Shown: positions 28,050-37,100 of the stretch, one piece after another | Numbering within the stretch: position 1 is the first letter of the stretch | Layout of the letters: the number at the start of each line of letters is the position of its first letter | Origin: a virus | Lineage: Duplodnaviria; Heunggongvirae; Uroviricota; Caudoviricetes | Virus record (IMG/VR): IMGVR_UViG_3300032213_000610 | Span: 1-64,000 of that record | Length of the DNA: 64,000 nucleotides | Reading direction: 5' to 3' (one strand) | Translations under genes and position numbers: made by a program | Notes under the pieces: model-generated | Database searches by the model: none | The model's input: only the letters and a program-made list of their open reading frames with translations | What the model was told of the DNA's origin: nothing

Positions 28050-29171
28050 ATGTCTTGTACAAATTGTTATAACGGTTGTGTAGAGATTGTTTCTGATAAA
28101 TGTGTTAGATACACAGGAGAATCTGTTCCTTCTTTAGAAATAGAATCTGGTGATAATCTTCTTGTTGTAGAACAATCTCTTATTAATAAAGTGGTTAGTT
28201 TCCTAGATGGAACAGGAATCTCTATCACTATAGATTTGGACGATTATTGTGAACTAGTTACACAATATCTTCCTCCTTGTTTTCCAGAGTGTGGAGATCC
28301 TTCTGCTTTAGATTTATTTACAGCTTTAGTAAAAGCTGCATGTGATTTACAGGTACAAGTTGATGCTGTAGAAGCTGATATTGCTGTATTGAATGCTGAT
28401 TACAATGTAGGTTGTCTTACAGGTGTAACAGCCTCTTCTGATACACATGCTGTTGTTCAGGCTGTTATTACAAAGCTTTGTCAATTAGGTGTAGACCTAG
28501 CTGCATTAGCTCTTGATCTAGATACTAACTATGTAAAGCTTTCTGATTTAAACACTTTAATTCAAGCTTACTTAGATAGTCTTGCTCCTACACAGAACTA
28601 TACAAAGATGATTCCTTATACAGCTGTAGAATACTATGGTCCGTTAAGTTACTTTGATATCACTGGAGCAGGTATTGCTGCTGATGGGTTTGACAAAATC
28701 TACCTATGTAATGGTTTAAATGGAACTCCTGATAAAAGAGGACGTGTTCCTGTAGGTGCTATTGTTGGTATGGGTGGTGGAGCTCTAGATGCTGCTGTTA
28801 ATCCTATTAATGTTGGTAACCCTAACTATGCTCTTGGAGATGGTGGTGGTGCTAACACTGTAATATTAAATGCTACACAAATCCCTGCACACTCACATAC
28901 TGCAACTGTTGTTGACCCAGGTCATTATACAGCAATTAAAACAGCTGTATCAAATGTTGCTGAGTGGGATTACAATAGTACAAGAGATGGTAACCCTATC
29001 ACTAGAATTGAAAATATTGCAGGTAATATGGTGGGCACTGAACAAGTAGCTACTACAACAACTAGAGCCTACACAGGTGTAACTGTAACTAATGGTAACA
29101 CAGGTGGTGGATTAGGTCATGCTAATATTCAACCTGTACGTGCTTGCTACTACATCATGTACATTCCTTAA
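28050..29171 (+). CDS. tail fibre / receptor-binding protein with collar-type C-terminal domain
   Basis: Gly-rich …GMGGGALDAAVNPINVGNPNYALGDGGGANTVILNATQIPAHSHTA. The N-x-x-Q-x-P-x-H-x-H motif is typical of the phage tail-collar (MdpB/gp12-like) domain. Confidence 0.55.
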   Translation: MSCTNCYNGCVEIVSDKCVRYTGESVPSLEIESGDNLLVVEQSLINKVVSFLDGTGISITIDLDDYCELVTQYLPPCFPECGDPSALDLFTALVKAACDLQVQVDAVEADIAVLNADYNVGCLTGVTASSDTHAVVQAVITKLCQLGVDLAALALDLDTNYVKLSDLNTLIQAYLDSLAPTQNYTKMIPYTAVEYYGPLSYFDITGAGIAADGFDKIYLCNGLNGTPDKRGRVPVGAIVGMGGGALDAAVNPINVGNPNYALGDGGGANTVILNATQIPAHSHTATVVDPGHYTAIKTAVSNVAEWDYNSTRDGNPITRIENIAGNMVGTEQVATTTTRAYTGVTVTNGNTGGGLGHANIQPVRACYYIMYIP

Positions 29172-29190
29172 TCGATTAAACTAACTTATA

Positions 29191-30039
29191 ATGGCTTGCG
29201 TACCTGGTACCCCTTGCTTTGAAAATACAGTGAATGCTTATTATCCACAGCAATGTGATAATGGGTGGTTTGCTGGTTATCCTATTCCTACATCATCTAT
29301 TCAATACAATGGTCCTAATCTTCCTAATTCAGGAGTTGATACAGGAGATGGTATGAACGTAGCTATGCAGAAATTAGATAATGCACTTGATCCTATAGAG
29401 CTAGTACAAACCCTTATCACTGTAATCAATCAGAACCCATCTTTAAAGGTGATGTTCTGTACATTGGTAAACTCTTGTATTTATAGCACCACTACAACAA
29501 CTACTACAGTAACACCAACAACAACTAGTACAACATCTAGTTCTACCTCAACAACAACTAGTACATCTACATCTACTACTTCCACTTCTACTAGTACATC
29601 TACTACTAGTACAAGTACTACAACTACCACAACTACTGCTACACCAACTACCACTACTACTACAACATCTGCAATAGCTTATCCTGTAAGTTTCCGTCCT
29701 AGAAGTGCTTCTTCAACTTCTCAACAATTTAAAATTTGGTTTAGTACTAATTTTGGAGGAACATGGACATTGTGGACTACATCAACTTTACCTCTAGCTG
29801 TATATCCTTCTTGGGATGCTTATGGAGGGTTATCATTCAATGGTGGTCAAACTATATATTTTGGATTAACTGATTTGTCTGATAATGATATTGAATTTGG
29901 TATAGGTGTAGGCAACTTAGATAATGATTTTACAAGTTTGTGCGGTCGTTCTAATCCTTACATTATAAATAATATTAATAGTAGTATAATTACTTACTTG
30001 AATGTAAATGTAAATGCAGCAGCACTTGTAACGTGTTAA
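29191..30039 (+). CDS. tail-associated protein with about 80-aa Thr/Ser mucin-like linker
   Basis: …STTTTTTTVTPTTTSTTSSSTSTTTSTSTSTTSTSTSTSTTSTSTTTTTTTATPTTTTTTTS…. Confidence 0.5.
   Translation: MACVPGTPCFENTVNAYYPQQCDNGWFAGYPIPTSSIQYNGPNLPNSGVDTGDGMNVAMQKLDNALDPIELVQTLITVINQNPSLKVMFCTLVNSCIYSTTTTTTTVTPTTTSTTSSSTSTTTSTSTSTTSTSTSTSTTSTSTTTTTTTATPTTTTTTTSAIAYPVSFRPRSASSTSQQFKIWFSTNFGGTWTLWTTSTLPLAVYPSWDAYGGLSFNGGQTIYFGLTDLSDNDIEFGIGVGNLDNDFTSLCGRSNPYIINNINSSIITYLNVNVNAAALVTC
29493..29670 (+). repeat. low-complexity ACN/TCN codon repeat encoding a Thr/Ser linker
   Basis: Runs of act/aca/acc/tct/agt codons. Similar shorter tracts at 26950-27010, 30287-30345, 38521-38550, 38690-38760 and 39085-39115. 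Confidence 0.7.
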
Positions 30040-30063
30040 ACTAATTTTCAATAAACTTATAAT

Positions 30064-30546
30064 ATGACAGTATTAATTACATTAACAACAGCTGGTTCTT
30101 CAACAGGACCATTTAGTCTATATTCAAATGTAGACTCATACTCTGTTCCTTTTGAAACAGGTGTATCAAGATCTAGTCTATTGGCTGGATACACATCTAC
30201 ATTAGTTCCTAACGGTACAACAATCGTTCGTGTTATGTCTACAGGAATATGTACAAACTATACAGATATATCTATAGTACCATGTACTACAACCACTACA
30301 ACTAGTACTAGTTCATCTACAACTACAACTACCACCACTATAAGTCCGTTATCTGTGTGGTATCAAATAACAAATTGTGAAGATAGTTCTGTAGAATATT
30401 CTGAAGAGTATCCGTTTGGAACTTTTTCAATCAATGATAGAGTAACCTCTCCAGGAAATGTATGGGTAGTTACAGGATCTGTAACAGTTAATCCAGGCGG
30501 TATACTATATGCAATATTTTCAACAGGATTTACTAACTGTCCTTAA
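30064..30546 (+). CDS. small tail/fibre-associated protein with poly-Thr linker (160 aa)
   Basis: CTTTTTTSTSSSTTTTTTTIS linker. Shares the AACTTATAAT(ATG) start context with the gene at 29191. Followed by a terminator. Confidence 0.45.
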   Translation: MTVLITLTTAGSSTGPFSLYSNVDSYSVPFETGVSRSSLLAGYTSTLVPNGTTIVRVMSTGICTNYTDISIVPCTTTTTTSTSSSTTTTTTTISPLSVWYQITNCEDSSVEYSEEYPFGTFSINDRVTSPGNVWVVTGSVTVNPGGILYAIFSTGFTNCP

Positions 30547-30584
30547 AATATCAAAAACCTTGTTTTGTTGGTTTTACAAGGTAT

Positions 30585-30616
30585 CCCCTGGCCTTTCTAG
30601 GCTGGGGGTTTTTGTT
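30585..30616 (+). terminator. rho-independent terminator after gene 30064..30546
   Basis: CCCCTGGCC-TTTCTA-GGCTGGGGG followed by TTTTTGTTT. Confidence 0.6.
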
Positions 30617-30727
30617 TAAACTCTAATCAAATTGATTAATGTATATAATTAAATTGGTTAATTAAATTTTGTAAATGTCAAAATTAGTTCGTACCTTTAC
30701 ACTAATTTTAACTAAATTAAACCATAT

Positions 30728-31978
30728 ATGTCTGAAAACCAGTCATTGCTACAACAGCTAGAAGAGATTCTACATTGGAAAAAGAGTAAACAATTCTATG
30801 CTGATAAGCTTGGAATTACAGAGTTTGAGGTGGATGAGTTATTAAAAGAATTAAGAAATCAAGAGAAGAGTGAGGAAGATGCTGAGGTTGGAAATTACAT
30901 TGCTGAGCTAGAGAATGTAATAGTTAAGTTTACAGAGGACATCAGTAAGGGTGTTGGTGAGGTGGTAGCTAACTTTAGCGAAGAAGTTAAGAGTTTAGAC
31001 GAACTAATTGAGAAGTGTCACATAGACACAGATAAATGGGAAATAACTAAATATGTACAGAACTTCTGGGGGAATGGTGGAAATCCCCATTGGCAGGTTA
31101 AAGCCTGGCTAGCAAAGAAGTCTGCAGAGCAAGTTTTTCAAGATAGCTTTGTGGACTTTTTAGCTTCATATCAGCCTGTTAGTCAGGAAGTTATGAGTCC
31201 TAAGTTTGACCCAGAGAGGCCAAATGGTATGTTAGTTATCAACAAACAAGACTCTCATTTGAACAAATGGGATGTAGATGGTAATAACAATATAGTAGAT
31301 AGACTAGCTAAGATTATGTATAAGGTGGAAGTGATTGCTGCACAAGCTCAACTTTCAAACAACCTAGAAGAAATCACATACATTATTGGCTCAGATGAGT
31401 TTAATAGTGAGTACACCAATGCAACTACAAAAGGAACCCCTCAACAGAATACACATACATATCAAACTTCATTTGAGTATATATGTGACCATGAGGTGTT
31501 AATGATTACAATGTTATTACAATATGCTAAACATGTTAATGTAGTGTATGTAGCTGGTAATCACGATGAGTTTGTAGGATGGCATATGGTTAATTGGTTA
31601 CAAACGTATTTTAGAAATACAAACAGACTTACAATTGACAGCTCTCCTAAGTATAGAAAGTATGTAAGTTATGGCAATTCAGCATTAATGTTCAATCATG
31701 GAGATGCAATTAAGCCAGCTAAACTTGCAGGACTGTTCCCAATAGAATATAGAGACCAATGGTCATTCCACCATAACTTCTATATATTCACAGGAGATAA
31801 GCACCATGAAGTGAGTCATGATTTTAACGGTATTAAATTTTACCAAATTCCAGCTTTCTCAAATGCTAAGAGCCTTTGGGATGATAAGAATGGTCACACA
31901 ATGTCTAAAGCTGAGGTGACAGCATTCTTAATCGATCAAGCTGAGGGAATGACAAATATATTCAAACAGTATTTATAA
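30728..31978 (+). CDS. metallophosphoesterase-domain protein with N-terminal coiled-coil (416 aa)
   Basis: QDSHL, IGSDEF, VVYVAGNHDEF, MFNHGD, FTGDKHHE in canonical phosphoesterase order. First gene after the terminator. Confidence 0.5.
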   Translation: MSENQSLLQQLEEILHWKKSKQFYADKLGITEFEVDELLKELRNQEKSEEDAEVGNYIAELENVIVKFTEDISKGVGEVVANFSEEVKSLDELIEKCHIDTDKWEITKYVQNFWGNGGNPHWQVKAWLAKKSAEQVFQDSFVDFLASYQPVSQEVMSPKFDPERPNGMLVINKQDSHLNKWDVDGNNNIVDRLAKIMYKVEVIAAQAQLSNNLEEITYIIGSDEFNSEYTNATTKGTPQQNTHTYQTSFEYICDHEVLMITMLLQYAKHVNVVYVAGNHDEFVGWHMVNWLQTYFRNTNRLTIDSSPKYRKYVSYGNSALMFNHGDAIKPAKLAGLFPIEYRDQWSFHHNFYIFTGDKHHEVSHDFNGIKFYQIPAFSNAKSLWDDKNGHTMSKAEVTAFLIDQAEGMTNIFKQYL

Positions 31979-32706
31979 TGGCAACTTTAAGGAAATTAGT
32001 TTCAGATGTACGTGCAATGCACAAATTGTTATCAACAGATAACCTCATCACTGATAGAGTGGTGGCATCTGAGATTAAGAACAACACACTTTTATTAGTA
32101 AAACGTGAAACAAATCTCAGAAAGCTTTGGGCTACTGATACTTTGTTTACTACCATTCCTTGTTTGGAATTGGTAGAAGTTCCTATTTCTGAATGTTGTG
32201 ATTATGTGGATCCTTGTACTGTAGCTAGAACAAAATTTAAACTTCCTCGTATATGCGAGGGTAATTATCAATACCTCATTCAAGGTGTTTATTCAATAAA
32301 CGCTATGAGTGGGCAAGGCAAAAAGTTAAAAGAGGTTACTATCAATAGATATTTAAATCTCTTAAAACTTCCAATCGTCAAGAATGAGCAATACTACTGG
32401 ATTGCTAATGGAGGATATTTATATGTAAATAATCCTTTATTACAAGCTGTTAGAATTTCTGCTTTCTTTGAAGAAGATGTTCCTAATGAGATCATGTTTG
32501 CTGAATGCTGTTGCAGTGATAATGTTAATCTAGAAGACTATTGTAAAAACCCTCTAGATAAAGAATATGGCTGCCCTGGTTATTTAGAAAAGCAAGTGCT
32601 AGAACTGACATCTCAAAAGCTGTTATCGACCTATTTCAGATTGAAAACAGATCAAACATCAGATGGGGTGGATGGTCAAGCACCAAACACAACCAATGCA
32701 AACTAA
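31978..32706 (+). CDS. hypothetical structural protein (242 aa)
   Basis: ORF coupled (ATAATG) to the upstream gene. Cys-rich centre. Confidence 0.4.
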   Translation: MATLRKLVSDVRAMHKLLSTDNLITDRVVASEIKNNTLLLVKRETNLRKLWATDTLFTTIPCLELVEVPISECCDYVDPCTVARTKFKLPRICEGNYQYLIQGVYSINAMSGQGKKLKEVTINRYLNLLKLPIVKNEQYYWIANGGYLYVNNPLLQAVRISAFFEEDVPNEIMFAECCCSDNVNLEDYCKNPLDKEYGCPGYLEKQVLELTSQKLLSTYFRLKTDQTSDGVDGQAPNTTNAN

Positions 32707-33182
32707 TGCGAACAAAAGTTGATTGGAGAAGCTCCAGCAAAGAAAACTACAATAATTTCTGTAAAAAGAACCCTTCCGTAAAAATCTCATTTGACCAATG
32801 GAGAAACATCATCTATTTGTATAATGAGAGCTTCAAGAACTATATTCTAGAAACTGGAGAGAAAGCTAAACTTCCTTTTGGATTTGGTGACTTCTCAATC
32901 AATAAGAAGAAGAGGAAGAAGATGAAACTAATCGATGGTAAGGAATATGTTAACCTACCAGTTGATTGGAAAAGATCTAAAGAGAAGGGTAAAATAATCT
33001 ACAATTTTAATTACCATACTGAAGGATATTTCTTTGGATGGATGTGGTTTAGAGAATCAGCCAGATTCAAGAACATGAAACTCTGGTATTTCAAACCATC
33101 TCGTACAACCTCTAGGTTACTATCTCACTATCTAAAAACCAACGATCAATATCAACATATTTATCGTGAATGGAAAAAATAA
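32706..33182 (+). CDS. hypothetical basic protein (158 aa)
   Basis: ORF. Start overlaps the upstream stop. Confidence 0.4.
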   Translation: MRTKVDWRSSSKENYNNFCKKNPSVKISFDQWRNIIYLYNESFKNYILETGEKAKLPFGFGDFSINKKKRKKMKLIDGKEYVNLPVDWKRSKEKGKIIYNFNYHTEGYFFGWMWFRESARFKNMKLWYFKPSRTTSRLLSHYLKTNDQYQHIYREWKK

Positions 33183-33187
33183 AATAA

Positions 33188-34111
33188 ATGTCATATTACT
33201 ACAAGTATAACTTCATCTCCCCTGAGCCTGTCTATTCGACTGTGAAAGAAGAGTTTAAAAGCTACTTCGATACAGGTGCTGTAGATGATTTGTTATTCCC
33301 TACATACCTGGATAAATGTCTTAGGAAACTAGGAAGGTCTTCTTATGTTATTAGCGAACAGCTTCTATATATTGAGGACTTTGAAGCTAGGCTTCCTGAT
33401 AACTTCTTTGCTGTAAGAGAAGCTTGGTTATGTACATCAATCCCTGGCTATCCTTATCAAACAGCTAATTCATTCTATTCTCAAGCTGCTTCTCAAACAA
33501 CAATACAGGTTAGTCCTGTTATTTCTGGAGGAGCTCCTTGTACCAATCTAGAATGTACAACAGGTTGTCCTACGTGCATGCCTGAGCTTATTCAAGCTGT
33601 ATATAAGACCAATCAACAAGTGGCTGTAGAATATCATAGACAATACTTATTGAAACCAGGTAACATCTCTGTACAAGCTCATTGTACATTAGACTGTGCA
33701 AACTTTGGTAGCTCTGCTGCAGATTCATTTGACATTAGAGATAACAAGTTTGTAACCAACTTTAGAAATGGCGTAGTTCATTTGATATTCTATTCTACAG
33801 CTTATGATGGAATAGGTAATCAATTGATTCCAGATAACTATCGTGTTAGAGAGTTTGTTGAGGCTTTCATCAAATACAAAATGATGGAAACACTTACTAA
33901 CCAAACTAACGATGAGACATACAATCAGCTAGAGAGGAAGATGATGAACTATAAACAGATGGCTGATGAAGCATTTATCATGGCTGATATTGAGGTGAAG
34001 AAGCAAGATGCTTGGGCTAAGCAAAGAAGAATCATCCAAGACTTAAACAGATTTAACAGATACGAACTACCAAATAGAAGTTACAGATATGGCTGGAGAA
34101 GAAACAACTAA
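33188..34111 (+). CDS. hypothetical structural protein (307 aa)
   Basis: ORF. Overlaps the next gene by 23 nt. Confidence 0.45.
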   Translation: MSYYYKYNFISPEPVYSTVKEEFKSYFDTGAVDDLLFPTYLDKCLRKLGRSSYVISEQLLYIEDFEARLPDNFFAVREAWLCTSIPGYPYQTANSFYSQAASQTTIQVSPVISGGAPCTNLECTTGCPTCMPELIQAVYKTNQQVAVEYHRQYLLKPGNISVQAHCTLDCANFGSSAADSFDIRDNKFVTNFRNGVVHLIFYSTAYDGIGNQLIPDNYRVREFVEAFIKYKMMETLTNQTNDETYNQLERKMMNYKQMADEAFIMADIEVKKQDAWAKQRRIIQDLNRFNRYELPNRSYRYGWRRNN

Positions 34112-37100
34112 TATTAAGCAGGAGTACAACAGTGCTATATCTGGCTTAAACATGGATCAATCTGTAAATCAGGTTGAGAAGGGTAAGCTTACGTATGCAT
34201 TGAATGCTAGTGTTGAGAACTTTGACTCAGATTCTGTAAACTATCAGAATGAGCCAGGTAATGAGTTATGTCTAGACTTTCCTACAGGGTATCATTTAAT
34301 AGGAACTCATTTCATTGTTGAACAAAATAAACATGTATTCTTTCTAACTAATCCTGAAACAGAAGATAGTCAGATTGGATATATGGATAACAATGATTGT
34401 GTATATCGTATATACGTAAGTGCTAAATGTTTAGGCTTTGATGTAAAATATCCTATCCTTAAAGCTGTTCATAAGATTACCAATTGCACTACAGAAGTGT
34501 ATTGGACAGATGGTCTTAATCCTAGAAGATACATAGACCTAAATAATATTCCATATAAGTTAGCTCCTAATGCTGATTTATGTGATCCTATTTATACCAA
34601 TGAACTTGATTGTAATCAATTAAACGTTCAACCTAATTTTAACATTCCTTCATTAGAAGTAACTGATGTTACAACTGGTGGTGACTTAACTTCTGGCACA
34701 TATCAGTTTGCTATTCAGTATTGTGATGCAAGTGGTAATGCTTATTCATCTTTCTACTCTGTTACCAACCCTACACCTATTGCTAATACCAATGTCACTA
34801 CACCAGAGTTCTCTTATCAAGTTGGTAAGTCTATTGTAGTTAGTGTTGGTAATCTAGATACCACTGGATATTTCCAGTATTTTAATCTTGCTGTAATTAA
34901 GACAATAAATGCAATAGCTTCTGTTGAGCTTGTTGGTACATATTTTATTGAAGATGACACTAGAACCATAACTTATACAGGACAGAACGTTACACAGATT
35001 CGTCTTGCTATTGCTGATATATTTGAGAAATATCCATATTACGAGATAGCTCAAGACTTAACCACTGCCCAAGATGTTCTTATCTGGGATAACCTAACCG
35101 TTATTGATAGAATTAACTATCAATCAATTGCTAGTCAAATTGATCTTAAATGGGAAACTTATAGAATCCCTAGTACAGAAACCTATGCTGATGAACTAAA
35201 CGCTACAAATTTTAGAGGTTATCTAAGAGATGAAGTGTATGCATTTGAGATAGTGTTCTTGCTTAAGAACGGTAAGCAAACAGATGGTTTCCATATTCCT
35301 GGTAGAATGATTAGTGCTAATGAAGGTTCTCAACCAGATGTACCAAGCAGTAATCCTGACTTTATTGGAGAGGGTGCAAGTGCACCATATTGGAAGATTT
35401 ACAACACAGGTTCTGTAACAGGGTTTTCTCCTGGATATTCACCAAGTCAATCTTATAAAGGACCTTACCAATATGGTGAGTTTGCTTATTGGGAATCAAC
35501 AGACACCTATCCATGTAACATAGATTTATGGGGTGATCTTGCTAGTCAACCTATCAGACACCATAAGTTTCCTGATGTTCTTGTAAGTCCTATATACGAA
35601 AGTCCTACATACACATTGGGAGGAGCATTTGCACCAGTGATGCAAAATGATGCTGTATTCCCAATGGGTGTACAGATTGATGTTCAACAAGTTGCATACT
35701 TAGTGTATGCATCTAATCTTACACAGGCACAGAAAGAAAGCGTTGCAGGATTTAAGATTGTAAGAGGGGACAGAAGTACAAATAGATCTATTGTAGGTAA
35801 AGGTATTCTTAGAAACGTAGGTAAGTATAAGAGAGAAGAAACAGAATTCTACTTCCCTAACTATCCATATAACGATCTTAATAAGGATGAATTCCTTCTT
35901 GATAATAATAATGGTTATTGTGATGAATGTATCACGTACAAACTTGCTACCACAGGATCTACTATTGTAGAATATACAGACTGTTTTTCAAATACACTAG
36001 TAACTGAAACACTTGTTTCATCTCCAACTAATATATTTTCTCTAAGTACACCTATCATTACTTCTGGTACAGCAGTAGTTACTATAGTTCCTTATGATAC
36101 TTATAGACTAACTAGTAATAGCACTACAACATTTGAATCTAAAGATCCACTAACAGGTAACACTGTTGTCACTATAGTTAATGTTGGAGCTGTTCAATTT
36201 GTTAATTCTACAACTGTTCCAACAATCATTGGTGGTACATCAGATGCTACTATCACTAAACTATCAACTAGAAGATCATTAAAATATCCTAATAAACTAG
36301 ATGCATTTGCTACAGATGAATCTAAATACAGAATGGTATTTAACTCACCTGAAACATCTTTCGGACAACCTTTCTTAGGAACTGTCATGAAACTTGAGAA
36401 CGTTATGTTTGGTGGTGGTATAGCTCATTTTGTAGAGGTTAAGAGGAATGCTATGTATAAGCTTCTCACAGCAGAGGCTCAACGTGATGCTCTTAAATCT
36501 AGTGAGGACATTGGTCATATTACTGTAGACTTTAATGCATCAGCTATGTTTGCTGCATATCAAGCCTATCTGACCATCTACATAAATGGAATCACTAGAA
36601 GAAACTATGGGTATTCATTTAACTCAATAGCTAGTTATGATTACAGTGGAGCTATTGATAACAATCTAGGTATCAAGCAAAGACAATTAGACAATGCTCA
36701 ATATGTATTCCCTGGAGTGCAGTCTGTAAGTGACTTACATGATTTCAACAACTTCAATAGAGAATCATCTATATATGTAAAGACAGTTGATACTAGAGAT
36801 GGTTCATCAGTGATACCTTTACCATTCCCTAATCAAACTCCTAGTTTATTAGTTGGTGGTGTAAGTGGTATCTCTGATACATCAAGATTTACTATATCAC
36901 AAAAGAACAACTGTTCTGTACCTAATAAGAATGAAGCAATTAATGTAGTTTCTTATTATGGATCATTAAAGAACATCTTTATCAATCAGTGGGGTCAAAT
37001 ATATTCTTACGATACAATTGATACAGGTTTCCAAGAAAGCATTGACATTAACAGTTTAATGTTCTCTACACCTAACTCAGCTACTATATTTGGTGGAGAT

